Shown one piece after another: positions 43,058-53,132 of a DNA stretch of 64,000 nt. A model generated the notes under the pieces. That model saw nothing but the letters and a program-made list of their open reading frames with translations, was not told the DNA's origin and did no database searches. Within the stretch, counting starts at the first letter, position 1. The number at the start of each line of letters is the position of its first letter. The DNA comes from an uncultured bacterium (lineage in GTDB: Bacteria; Chloroflexota; UBA5177; JANWHV01), in the NCBI GenBank assembly GCA_963827235.1, contig CAWHAE010000016.1:640001-704000 (forward strand). The letters are read 5' to 3'. Both the position numbers and the translations under genes were made by a program.

Positions 43058-44758
43058 CTACCTTCCGGTCTCGTGGTCGCCGATGGTGCAAACGCCCGCC
43101 GGACAAGTCTTGTCGACAATATGCGCCATGTATTCGTCGCGGAAGTAGCGTAGCGTGCTGAGAATCGGGTTGGGAGCCCCCTGGCCCAAGCCGCAGAGGC
43201 TCGTGTTCCGGACGACGTCGGATAGATCCTCGAGCATTGCCAGATCGTCGAGCGTTGCCTCGAACCTCGTGATCTTGTCCAGCAGTCCGTGCAGATGCGC
43301 GGTGCCAACCCGGCATGGGATGCACTTGCCGCACGATTCCGACATGCAGAACTCCATGAAATATCGCGCGATGTCGACCATGCACGAGGTATCGTCCATG
43401 ACGATCATGCCGCCGGAGCCCATAAAGGAGCCGAGCTGGATCAGCGACCCGTAGTCGACGGGCATGTCGAGATACTCGGCGGGAATGCAGCCACCAGCCG
43501 GTCCGCCCGTCTGCACCGCCTTGAATTCGTGGCCACCCGGCACGCCACCGCCGATATCGTAGATGATGTGGCGGAGCGTGGTGCCCAGCGGCACCTCGAT
43601 CAGGCCGGTATTCGCGATACGTCCGCTCAGCGCGAACGTCTTGGTGCCCTTACTCTTCTCGGTACCGATTTCCGAGAACCAGCCTGCACCCTCGCGCATG
43701 ATCGGCACGATATTGGTGTAGGTCTCCACGTTGTTGATCAGCGTGGGGAAGCCCCAAAGGCCGGACGCAGCGGGGAACGGCGGACGCGGCCGCGGTTGGC
43801 CGCGCTTGCCTTCGATAGAGGCGATCAGGGCGGTTTCCTCGCCGCACACAAATGCGCCGGCGCCCAGCCGAACCTCGACCTTGAAGCTGAATCCGGTGCC
43901 GCCGATGTTCGATCCGAGTAGGCCGTTGCGCTCTGCAAGACGAATGGCGTTTTGCACGCGCTTCACCGCCAGTGGATACTCGGCGCGTACGTATACGTAG
44001 CCCGAATCGGCGCCCACCGCGTAGGCGGCGATCGTCATGCCCTCGAGAACTCGGAAGGGGTAGTCTTCCAGCACGCTGCGGTTCATGAATGCGCCGGGAT
44101 CGCCCTCGTCGGCATTGCACACCACGTATTTGTGGTCGCCCTCGGCCTTTGCGACTGTGCCCCACTTCAGTCCGGTGGGATAGCCGGCGCCGCCTCGGCC
44201 GCGCAGGCCGCTCTTCATGATCTCGTCGATCACCTCGCCCGGCTGAAGTTGGGTGAGAGTGGCGAGCAGCGCTGAATAGCCGCCCACCGCAATGTAGTCC
44301 TCGATGCGTTCCGGGTTGAGCAGGCCGCGCAGCTCGGTCACCACGCGCTTCTGGCCGGTGAAGAAGGGAGATTGCGAATCGCAGCGCAGGCGCTCGACAG
44401 GCTCTCCTACCAGGCTGTCGACGATCGCGGCAGCGTCATCGGCCTGCACGAGCTTGTACATCTCCCCTTCAGGCTGAACGGTCACCAGCGGCGCGTCGGC
44501 ACAATTCCCCTGGCAGCCTCCTGGTGTGACCGCGTAGTCCTGATCCAGACCGCGCTCCTTGACTTCGGCGGTCAGGGCTGCGAGCAACTTGTCGCTTTGG
44601 CACGACTGGCAGGCAGTACCCATGCAGACGAAGACACGCTTCTTTGCTTCGGCCTGCCTTGCCTGCTCCTGTTCGGCAACTTCCTGTAGTTCTTCGGTGC
44701 TGGCAATCGGCCCAGGTCTCGATGCGGCGGCAGCGCCGGCACGTCTTTCAACTGGCAT
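43058..44758 (-). CDS. hoxF: bidirectional hydrogenase diaphorase flavoprotein
   Basis: N-terminal thioredoxin-like [2Fe-2S]; 'GLRGRGGAGYPTG','NADEGDPG','GAFVCGEET','ESCGKCIPCR','SLCGLG'. Confidence 0.95.
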   Translation of the reverse strand: MPVERRAGAAAASRPGPIASTEELQEVAEQEQARQAEAKKRVFVCMGTACQSCQSDKLLAALTAEVKERGLDQDYAVTPGGCQGNCADAPLVTVQPEGEMYKLVQADDAAAIVDSLVGEPVERLRCDSQSPFFTGQKRVVTELRGLLNPERIEDYIAVGGYSALLATLTQLQPGEVIDEIMKSGLRGRGGAGYPTGLKWGTVAKAEGDHKYVVCNADEGDPGAFMNRSVLEDYPFRVLEGMTIAAYAVGADSGYVYVRAEYPLAVKRVQNAIRLAERNGLLGSNIGGTGFSFKVEVRLGAGAFVCGEETALIASIEGKRGQPRPRPPFPAASGLWGFPTLINNVETYTNIVPIMREGAGWFSEIGTEKSKGTKTFALSGRIANTGLIEVPLGTTLRHIIYDIGGGVPGGHEFKAVQTGGPAGGCIPAEYLDMPVDYGSLIQLGSFMGSGGMIVMDDTSCMVDIARYFMEFCMSESCGKCIPCRVGTAHLHGLLDKITRFEATLDDLAMLEDLSDVVRNTSLCGLGQGAPNPILSTLRYFRDEYMAHIVDKTCPAGVCTIGDHETGR

Positions 44759-45272
44759 CGCCGGTCCATTCCGCTAAGCGTGCCTTGGCCTCGTCGGGGG
44801 ACACATTACCGGCCACCTGGCCGTCGAAAATGACGGCAGGAGCGATGCCGCAGGCCCCAAGGCATCGCGCGGTAAGCACCGACACTTTCTTATCTTCGGT
44901 GGTCTCACCCGGCTTGACGCCTGTCGCGTCGGCAATGGCCGAGATGAGCTTCGGCGCGCCCTTGATGTAGCAGGCCGTGCCCATGCACACGATACAGGTG
45001 TGCTCGCCTTCCGGTTTCATGCGGAAAAGACTGTAGAACGTCGCCACGCCGTATGCCTTGCTCAGGGGGATCCTGAGGCTACGGGCGACGAAGCTCAGGG
45101 TCGGCTCATCCAGAAAGCCGAACGCTTCCTGCGCGCTGTGCAACGTCTCGATCAAGGCACTTGCCGCGTAACCATGGCGCCGCATCGTCGTGCTTACAAT
45201 ACGCCAACGCTTGTCGTCCGTCGGCGGCAAAATGGTCTTCGGCTCGCTGGGCAGTGCTAGTAAACCTGGCAT
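44748..45272 (-). CDS. hoxE: bidirectional hydrogenase subunit HoxE
   Basis: 'DKRW..LIETLH.AQEAFG','GVATFY','CMGTAC','RCLGACG.AP'. Confidence 0.93.
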   Translation of the reverse strand: MPGLLALPSEPKTILPPTDDKRWRIVSTTMRRHGYAASALIETLHSAQEAFGFLDEPTLSFVARSLRIPLSKAYGVATFYSLFRMKPEGEHTCIVCMGTACYIKGAPKLISAIADATGVKPGETTEDKKVSVLTARCLGACGIAPAVIFDGQVAGNVSPDEAKARLAEWTGDAS

Positions 45273-45931
45273 ATCCCGTGTCAACCATCCATTTCCGTGC
45301 AAACTCTGCCAACCCGCGATACGAGGGCAACCCGGTAAGCCATACGGACTGTAGGCTCCAGACGCCGGCACCCCGAAGGCGCCAGTGCCGCGTCACCGTG
45401 GCACGCGCGAGCCGCGACCCGAAGCCGGTCTGCCCTGCTCTTACGCTGTATCCTCAGACTTCCTGCTTGATCCCTCTCTGCTCGACATCGGCGCCTCTGT
45501 GCTTAACGCCAGTATCCTGGGCTCCGCGATCAGGCTGAGAATCCCATGCTGAGTGTAGCCCTGCTGTGTGTCCCGCGGACTAGGGTACTTCGGTGAACGG
45601 CTATGCGCCGAACGTCACTAACAGCTAATGCAACCGGCGTGATCATATCACGACCCGACTGCCCTTCGGCGATTCCCGGCTCTGCCTCTGCCGCGACCCC
45701 GGGCATCATCGCACACCTTCGGCAACCCGGGACCAAGCAGCCTGAGGGTCATTTCTCCGTAGCCGTTCCGCGCAGGTATATTGAACCATGCGGATGCCGG
45801 TGTCGTGGAAACCGCCCCAAGGTCCAGCCACTGTTCTGGCAATACGCGACCACGTGGTGATCCAAGCACAAGCCGATGCCAGTGGCTAAACCGTCACGTG
45901 AGGCGTCACAACGTGCGCCACGCGTGCACCT

Positions 45932-47320
45932 GTGGAGTCAACGATGACAAGCGCACATGATTGGGCGCAGTCCTTGCGCGTAGCGATTATCGGATCCGGA
46001 CCGTCCGGCCTCTACGCCGCCGAAGCACTGACCAGGCAGAATGACGTTCCGGTCAGCATTGATGTTTTCGATCGTCTGCCCACGCCCTACGGTCTGGTCA
46101 GGTACGGCGTCGCCCCCGATCATCAGCGAATCAAGGACGTGACGAAGGCGCTGCAGCGAATTCTCGAGCACTCGAGCGTCCGCTTTCTCGGCAACGTCGT
46201 GTGCGGGCGCGACCTCTCGCACACCGAGCTCCGGCGGTTCTACGACGCCGTGATCTACGCCGTAGGAGCGTCCACTGATCGCTCCCTCAACATACCCGGC
46301 GAGAACCTGGCCGGAAGTGTCTCTGCCACGAAGTTTGTCTCCTGGTACAACAGCCATCCGGATTGGTCGGCAATCTCGATGGAAGTGGATGCCCAGGGCG
46401 TGGCGGTGATCGGCATCGGCAACGTGGCAATCGACGTGACCCGCGTGCTGGCCAAGACGTATGACGAGTTGAAGGCTACCGACATTGCGCCATATGCCCT
46501 CGACGTGCTCAAGGAGAGCCCTGTCACGGACATCCACCTCCTTGGACGCCGTGGTCCCGCGCAGGCGAAATTCTCCACCAAGGAGCTGAAGGACCTGACC
46601 CAGCTCGAAGCAGCGGACCTGGTGGTACGGCCCGAAGAAGTCGAGCTGTCGGATGCGGAGATGGACGCGATCACGGATGCGACGGCGCGCCGCAACGTCG
46701 AGGTACTTCGCGAGCTCGCCGACCGACCGCTATCCGGTAAGCCGCGCCGGATTCACTTGCGCTTCCTGGTCTCGCCGGTGGAGATCCTCGGTGACGGAAG
46801 CGTCGAGGGCTTGCGCATCGAGCGGAACCGGCTTGACGAGCGGAACCGGGCCGTGGGCACAGGCGTCTATGAGACGTTGCCGGTACAGATGGTCTTGCGT
46901 TCGGTCGGGTATAAGGGCGAACCGCTGGCCGGTGTCCCTTTCGACCATCGAATGGGCGTCATTCCCAACGATGGCAGCCATGTGCTGCGGCATGGGGAGA
47001 TCGTTCCCGGCGAGTACGTGACCGGCTGGATCAAGAGTGGACCCGTCGGTGTGATCGGCACGAACAAGCCGTTCTCGGCGGAGACCGTGCGCCAGCTGCT
47101 ACATGACGCGCCGTGCCTGCCGCGGGCCGCAGTACGCGACCCGGAAGCAGTTACCGCATTACTCGATGAACGCGGAGTGGCCTATGTCACCATGGATCAG
47201 TGGCTGGCGCTCGACAAGCACGAGACGGAGCTAGGCGTGGCACAGGGCCGGCCGCGCGTCAAAGTGCACAATCTCGGCTCGATGCTGACCGTCTCGCGTC
47301 GCGAATCTATGCTGAGCTGA
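45932..47320 (+). CDS. fprA: adrenodoxin-reductase-type ferredoxin-NADP+ reductase (FprA-like; start may be 45944)
   Basis: 'IIGSGPSG','LPTPYGLVRYGVAPDH','GIGNVAID','GRRGP','GWIK.GP.GVIGTN'. Confidence 0.88.
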   Translation: MESTMTSAHDWAQSLRVAIIGSGPSGLYAAEALTRQNDVPVSIDVFDRLPTPYGLVRYGVAPDHQRIKDVTKALQRILEHSSVRFLGNVVCGRDLSHTELRRFYDAVIYAVGASTDRSLNIPGENLAGSVSATKFVSWYNSHPDWSAISMEVDAQGVAVIGIGNVAIDVTRVLAKTYDELKATDIAPYALDVLKESPVTDIHLLGRRGPAQAKFSTKELKDLTQLEAADLVVRPEEVELSDAEMDAITDATARRNVEVLRELADRPLSGKPRRIHLRFLVSPVEILGDGSVEGLRIERNRLDERNRAVGTGVYETLPVQMVLRSVGYKGEPLAGVPFDHRMGVIPNDGSHVLRHGEIVPGEYVTGWIKSGPVGVIGTNKPFSAETVRQLLHDAPCLPRAAVRDPEAVTALLDERGVAYVTMDQWLALDKHETELGVAQGRPRVKVHNLGSMLTVSRRESMLS

Positions 47321-47384
47321 GAGCCGGCAGAGAGCGGCGCCGGCGTCTGCCCGCGGCGGCACAGGCAGCATGTAGCGCAGGGTA

Positions 47385-47398
47385 GTGACCTTCGGCCC
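47385..47398. promoter_or_regulatory. putative DosR-type box upstream of PFOR
   Basis: GTGAC-cttc-GGCCC. Confidence 0.45.
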
Positions 47399-47608
47399 TC
47401 TTTGATCCCCCCTTTCTCCCCTGACCGTTCGATCCATGGCATTTGTACCCTCAAACATGGAGTCGCCGCTGCTCCAGTGGAGCTGAAGATCGCGGTAAAG
47501 TGTGTAGGGCGTGTCGTCCCTATCGCCTGGCCCGTTTCTGTGGAGGCCGGGCGCGATCAGCGACGAGTATAAGCGCCACGGACCAGCACAGTGACGGAGA
47601 AGGAATCA

Positions 47609-50600
47609 ATGAAGGGTCACGTCGTACCCATCGATGGCAATGAGGCGGTCGCATCTGTCGCCTACCGGCTCAGCGACGTCATCGCCATCTATCCGATCAC
47701 GCCGTCGTCGAACATGGGCGAGTGGGCAGACGAGTGGGCTGCCAAGGGCGTAAAGAATCTCTGGGGCACGGTTCCCTCGGTCGTCGAGATGCAAAGCGAG
47801 GGTGGCGCGGCAGGCGCGGTCCACGGCGCGCTGCAAACCGGTGCCCTGGCTACCACGTTTACGGCGTCGCAGGGCTTGCTCCTGATGATTCCTAACATGT
47901 ACAAGATCGCCGGCGAGCTGACGCCCGCCGTCTTCCACGTCTCCGCGCGCTCTCTCGCTGTGCAGGCGCTGTCCATCTTCGGCGATCACGGCGACGTGAT
48001 GGCGACGCGGCAGACCGGATGGGCGCTTCTCGCGTCCGCGTCCGTACAGGAGGCCCAGGATCTGGCGCTGATCGCCCATCGCTCCACGCTGGAAGCGCGC
48101 ATTCCATTCCTGCATTTCTTTGATGGCTTCCGCACGTCGCACGAGGTGGCAACCATCACGCCGCTGGAGAGCGAGCAGATACGCAGCCTGATCGACGACA
48201 AGCTGGTGCTCTCGCATCGCGCTCGCGGTCTTTCGCCGGACCATCCGGTCCTGCGCGGAACCGCTCAGAACCCGGACGTCGCCTTCCAGGGTCGCGAGAC
48301 GGTGAACTCCTACTACACCGAGTGCCCGGATATCGTCGCGCACGCAATGGACAAGTTCGCGCGTGTCACCGGTCGACGATACAACCTGTTCGACTACACG
48401 GGCGCTCCCGATGCCGAGCGCGTGATCGTGATCATGGGATCCGGTGCCGAGGCGGTCCACGAGACTGTCGACTACCTGGTCGAGCACGGTGAGAAGGTCG
48501 GCGTCGTCAAGGTTCGCCTGTACCGCCCGTTCGACGTCAAGCGCTTCATGGAGGCGCTCCCGGCCACGACCAAGGTGCTCGGCGTGCTCGATCGCACCAA
48601 GGAGCCGGGCTCCGCCGGCGAGCCGCTGTATATGGACGTTATCACCGCCCTATATGAAGGCCTGGAGAAGGGCTGGGGCGCGCTGAAGTCCATGCCAGCC
48701 GTGATCGGCGGCCGCTATGGTCTGTCCTCCAAGGACTTCAACCCTGCCATGATCAAGGGCGTGTTCGATAACCTCGCCCTGGGCCAGCCAAAGAACCACT
48801 TTACGATCGGCATCGTCGACGACGTGACCCACACCAGCGTGCCCTACGATCCCGACTTCTCCGTGGAACCGGATAGTGTGGTGCGTGCCCTGTTTTACGG
48901 CCTGGGCTCGGACGGCACTGTAGGCGCAAACAAGAACTCGATCAAGATCATCGGCGACGACACCGACAACTACGCGCAGGGCTACTTCGTCTATGATTCC
49001 AAGAAGTCCGGCACGCTGACCGTGTCCCACCTGCGCTTCGGCAAGAACCCCATCCGATCCACGTACCTTGTGGACAAGGCGCAGTTCGTCGCCTGCCATC
49101 AGCCGGTGTTCCTCGAGCGGTATGAGGTCCTCCGCTACATCATGGAGGGAGGCACCTTCCTTCTCAACACATCGTACAGCTCGGACGAAGTCTGGGAGCA
49201 CTTGCCGCGTTCCATTCAGACCGCGATTGTGGACAAGAAACTGGCGTTCTACGTCATCGACGGCACGACGGTCGCTCGTTCCGCCGGCATGGCCGGCCGC
49301 GTCAACACCATCATGCAGACCTGCTTCTTCGCCATCTCGAACGTGCTGCCGCGGGACGAGGCCATCGCCGCGATCAAGAAATCCGTGGTGAAAACGTACG
49401 GCAGAAAGGGCGACGACATCGTTCAGATGAACATGCGCGCCATCGACAGCACCCTGGAAAACCTACACAGGGTCCAGGTTCCCGATCAGGTGGACAGCAC
49501 GTTCGACCTGGTGCCGCCGGTCCCGGCGCAAGCGCCACGATTCGTGCGTGACGTGCTTGGCCCGATGATTGCGTACCGCGGCGACGACGTGCCGGTCAGC
49601 AAGATGCCGGTTGACGGCACGTTCCCAACGGGTACCACGAAGTGGGAGAAACGCAACCTTGCCCTCGACATCCCGGTCTGGGAAGCCGATATCTGCATCC
49701 AGTGCGGCAAGTGCGCCATGGTCTGCCCCCACGCCGTCATCCGCATCAAGAGCTACCCGGAGACCAGCCTGCAGGGCGCTCCGGCGACGTTCAAAGCCGT
49801 CAATACCCGCGACAAGGAATATATCGGCCAGAAATACACGATTCAGGTGGCTCCCGAGGACTGCACCGGTTGCGCACTGTGCGTCGAAGTCTGTCCCGCG
49901 AAGAGCAAGACGGAAACGAAGCTCAAGGCGCTGAACATGCGGCCACAGCCTCCTCTTCGCGAGCAGGAGCGGGAGAACTGGGAGTTCTTCGAGACCATTC
50001 CCGAGATGGATCGCCGACTGATCAAGGTGTCGAATATCCGCCAGCAACAGCTCCAGCTCCCGCTCTTCGAGTTCTCGGGCGCTTGCTCGGGATGCGGCGA
50101 GACGCCCTACCTCAAGCTGGTCTCGCAGCTATTCGGCGACAGACTGGTCGTCGCCAACGCCACGGGCTGCTCGTCAATCTACGGGGGCAATCTGCCCACC
50201 ACCCCGTGGGCGGCCAACGCAGACGGCCGCGGCCCGGCATGGTCGAACTCGCTATTCGAGGACAACGCCGAATTCGGCATGGGATTCCGCCTCTCCATCG
50301 ACAAGCAGCAGCAGTTCGCCAAGGAATTGCTCGCCAAGCTGGCGGGTGTGGTGGGTCAGGAGCTGGCGCGCGAGATTCTCGATGCCAATCAGAGCGATGA
50401 AGCCGAGATCTACTCCCAGCGCGAGCGGGTGGCCGAGCTGAAGCAGCGCCTCACCCCCCTCGAGGAACCCGACGCCCGGCACCTGCTGCAAATCGCGGAC
50501 ATGCTCGTACGCAAGAGCGTCTGGATCGTCGGCGGCGACGGCTGGGCGTACGACATCGGCTATGGCGGCCTGGACCACGTGCTCGCCAGCGGGGCGAACG

Positions 50601-51205
50601 TGAAGGTCCTGGTGCTCGATACCGAGGTCTACTCCAACACCGGCGGCCAGCGCTCCAAGGCCACCCCGCGCGGCGCCGTGGCGAAGTTCGCGGCTGGCGG
50701 CAAGCCGAGCGCCAAGAAGGATCTCGGCATGATCGCCATGACCTACGGCAACATCTACGTCGCCAGCGTGGCCATGGGTGCGAAGGACGAGCACACGTTG
50801 AAGGCCTTCCTGGAAGCGGAAGCATACGACGGTCCCGCCCTGATCATTGCCTACTCGCACTGCATCCAGCAGGGCATCATCGACATGTCCGAGGGCTTGC
50901 AGCACCAGAAGGCAGCCGTGGATTCCGGCCAATGGCTCCTGTACCGGTTCAATCCGGATCTGGCGAAGTCTGGCGAAAACCCGCTCATTCTCGATTCCCG
51001 CACGCCCAAGCTGCCGCTCGAGCAGTACATGTATCTGGAAAACCGCTTCAAGATGCTCACTAAGATCGATCCGGAGATGGCCAAGAAGCTGCTCAGCGAG
51101 GCGCAGGACGACGTGCGCAAGCGCTTTGCCTACTACCAGTACCTTGCCACACGGTCCGGCAGCAACGGGAATGGCGTGAAGAGCGCCGCCGAAGCCGTCA
51201 TCTGA
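47609..51205 (+). CDS. nifJ: pyruvate:ferredoxin/flavodoxin oxidoreductase (single-chain)
   Basis: 'DGNEA..IYPITPSS','MQSEGGAAG','GLGSDGTVGANK', two ferredoxin motifs, 'GACSGCGET','GGDGWAYDIG','YSNTGGQ'. Confidence 0.98.
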   Translation: MKGHVVPIDGNEAVASVAYRLSDVIAIYPITPSSNMGEWADEWAAKGVKNLWGTVPSVVEMQSEGGAAGAVHGALQTGALATTFTASQGLLLMIPNMYKIAGELTPAVFHVSARSLAVQALSIFGDHGDVMATRQTGWALLASASVQEAQDLALIAHRSTLEARIPFLHFFDGFRTSHEVATITPLESEQIRSLIDDKLVLSHRARGLSPDHPVLRGTAQNPDVAFQGRETVNSYYTECPDIVAHAMDKFARVTGRRYNLFDYTGAPDAERVIVIMGSGAEAVHETVDYLVEHGEKVGVVKVRLYRPFDVKRFMEALPATTKVLGVLDRTKEPGSAGEPLYMDVITALYEGLEKGWGALKSMPAVIGGRYGLSSKDFNPAMIKGVFDNLALGQPKNHFTIGIVDDVTHTSVPYDPDFSVEPDSVVRALFYGLGSDGTVGANKNSIKIIGDDTDNYAQGYFVYDSKKSGTLTVSHLRFGKNPIRSTYLVDKAQFVACHQPVFLERYEVLRYIMEGGTFLLNTSYSSDEVWEHLPRSIQTAIVDKKLAFYVIDGTTVARSAGMAGRVNTIMQTCFFAISNVLPRDEAIAAIKKSVVKTYGRKGDDIVQMNMRAIDSTLENLHRVQVPDQVDSTFDLVPPVPAQAPRFVRDVLGPMIAYRGDDVPVSKMPVDGTFPTGTTKWEKRNLALDIPVWEADICIQCGKCAMVCPHAVIRIKSYPETSLQGAPATFKAVNTRDKEYIGQKYTIQVAPEDCTGCALCVEVCPAKSKTETKLKALNMRPQPPLREQERENWEFFETIPEMDRRLIKVSNIRQQQLQLPLFEFSGACSGCGETPYLKLVSQLFGDRLVVANATGCSSIYGGNLPTTPWAANADGRGPAWSNSLFEDNAEFGMGFRLSIDKQQQFAKELLAKLAGVVGQELAREILDANQSDEAEIYSQRERVAELKQRLTPLEEPDARHLLQIADMLVRKSVWIVGGDGWAYDIGYGGLDHVLASGANVKVLVLDTEVYSNTGGQRSKATPRGAVAKFAAGGKPSAKKDLGMIAMTYGNIYVASVAMGAKDEHTLKAFLEAEAYDGPALIIAYSHCIQQGIIDMSEGLQHQKAAVDSGQWLLYRFNPDLAKSGENPLILDSRTPKLPLEQYMYLENRFKMLTKIDPEMAKKLLSEAQDDVRKRFAYYQYLATRSGSNGNGVKSAAEAVI

Positions 51206-51215
51206 CTTTGCGCCA

Positions 51216-51257
51216 GCGGGATGCCCGGACCGCCGGGAATGGCCCCGGGTGTCCCGC
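51216..51257 (+). terminator. GC-rich hairpin after nifJ
   Basis: GCGGGATGCCCGG...CCGGGTGTCCCGC imperfect stem. Confidence 0.4.
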
Positions 51258-51386
51258 CGCACGGCTTGACGGTCAGGCTGACTACTGAGCGTGTCCAATC
51301 GGTGGTCGTCAACGACTGAGTAGCGTGTTGTTCACCCGGGCCCGGGCAATGCCAAGCCCGGCCGACCAAGTGCAAGGGGATCAAGA

Positions 51387-52391
51387 ATGGACCTGACGAC
51401 AGAATATCTAGGACTGAAGCTCCGCACTCCGCTGGTGCCTTCGGCGTCGCCTCTCTCCGAAGATCTGGGTACGATCAAGCGCCTCGAGGATGCGGGCGCG
51501 TCTGCGGTGGTACTCTTCTCGCTCTTCGAGGAAGAGCTGCTTCGCGATCAGCTCTCGATCGATGCCTCCCTCTCAATGACCGAGAACGTCTCGGCGGAAG
51601 CGATCAGCGGCTTCGCCGGCCTGGAGCGCGAGTTCCGAGTGGGACCGGAAGGCTACCTGAACCATATCCGCAAGGCGAAGGAGTCGGTAGGCATCCCGAT
51701 TATTGCCAGCCTCAACGGCCGATCGGTCGGCGGCTGGACGGACTACGCGAAGCAGATCCAGCAGGCAGGCGCCGATGCGCTCGAGCTCAACATTTACAAC
51801 ATTCCCACCGACCCCGCCATATCGAGCGAGGCAGTAGAAGCCGGCTATCTGAACGTCGTCAAATCCGTCAAGAGCGCGGTCAGCATACCGGTCGCCGTGA
51901 AGCTAAGCCCGTTCTTCAGCAACATGGCGTCGGTCGCGAAGAAGCTGGACGATGCCGGCGCGAATTCGCTGGTGCTTTTCAATCGCTTTTACCAGCCCGA
52001 TATCGACCTCGACGAGCTGGAGGTAAAGCCCAACCTGCTGCTCAGCACGCCGCAGGCGATGCGCCTTCCGCTCACCTGGGTGGGCATCCTGTACGGCCGC
52101 GTACGGGCAGATCTGGCTGCCACCGGCGGTATTCACACCGCGCACGACGTGCTCAAGATGCTCATGGTCGGCTCCAAGGTCACTATGCTCTGCTCGGCGC
52201 TGCTGCAGCATGGAGTCAACCACCTCAGCACGGTAGAGAAGGGTCTCGTGTACTGGATGGAAGAACACGAGTACGAGTCCGTCAAGCAGATGCAGGGCAG
52301 CATCAGCCAGATCAAGGCTGCTGATCCTTCGGCCTTCGAGCGGGCTCAATATATCAAGACAATCAAAGGCTTCAAGAACTTCGCGCTCTAG
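51387..52391 (+). CDS. dihydroorotate dehydrogenase-like flavoprotein (PFOR-associated)
   Basis: 'MDLTT.YLGLKL..P..SASP','IIASLNG','ALELNIY','AVKLSP','LFNRFYQPDID','ATGGIH','ERAQY'. Confidence 0.88.
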   Translation: MDLTTEYLGLKLRTPLVPSASPLSEDLGTIKRLEDAGASAVVLFSLFEEELLRDQLSIDASLSMTENVSAEAISGFAGLEREFRVGPEGYLNHIRKAKESVGIPIIASLNGRSVGGWTDYAKQIQQAGADALELNIYNIPTDPAISSEAVEAGYLNVVKSVKSAVSIPVAVKLSPFFSNMASVAKKLDDAGANSLVLFNRFYQPDIDLDELEVKPNLLLSTPQAMRLPLTWVGILYGRVRADLAATGGIHTAHDVLKMLMVGSKVTMLCSALLQHGVNHLSTVEKGLVYWMEEHEYESVKQMQGSISQIKAADPSAFERAQYIKTIKGFKNFAL

Positions 52392-52695
52392 GAGTGTTGC
52401 CCAGGTCGTCCTGAGTCACTTTGCCAATCCGAGCTGGGGCGATCTGCCGGCAGCCGGGTGCCTATTGATACCGTGCCGACATTCGCCGACTTGCACGGCA
52501 CCGAGCCCGTAGGCTGTACCCAAATCGAACGTGAAGGTGCCTATACTCTGCAAGTAGTCTGTGGAACCTCGCACTGTTTGCGTAGAGGCCCGGCGAGCAT
52601 GCTCGCCGGGCCTCTCGCCGCCTTGCCCGTCGCCGCTCTCAGCGCGTCCCGTTTCTCAGCTCGTCACGCCGGCCTCGCGCCGCGACGGGTGTAGG

Positions 52696-52887
52696 TCACC
52701 TGGCCACGGAGCGGCCGACGGGTGCGGCCAGCGGCGATTCCATTTTTGCGACGAGCCCGCCGAGCCGCCGGTCCTTCAGGGCCGACTTGGCCTCGCCGTT
52801 CTTGCGCGGCTGGGTAGCCTGGACGAGCCACTCCATGTCAAGCAAGGCGAGCAGGTCCTCATCGTGGTTGAGCACGACGAACTCCAT
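52696..52887 (-). CDS. possible small hypothetical protein (63 aa)
   Basis: RBS GAAGGA before ATG 52887; lies in an otherwise empty intergenic gap. Confidence 0.3.
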   Translation of the reverse strand: MEFVVLNHDEDLLALLDMEWLVQATQPRKNGEAKSALKDRRLGGLVAKMESPLAAPVGRSVAR

Positions 52888-53132
52888 GGGTGTCCTTCTG
52901 TTCGATTCCATGCGATCTGCCCTGCCTTTCGCGACGGCTTGACTGCTTCACCGCGGCCCATTTGCACATTCTACTACGTCAAGTGCCGGATTGCACGCAG
53001 GCGGCGATATCTCCGACAGGAGTGGTGGGCGTACCGGAGATACGGAGTGAAGGCGTATACTAACGTGCCGTGCCTGCGATCGAATTGCGACCGACCCGAG
53101 CCGGCGGGATAGCACACGGCGGAGGAAGAACA

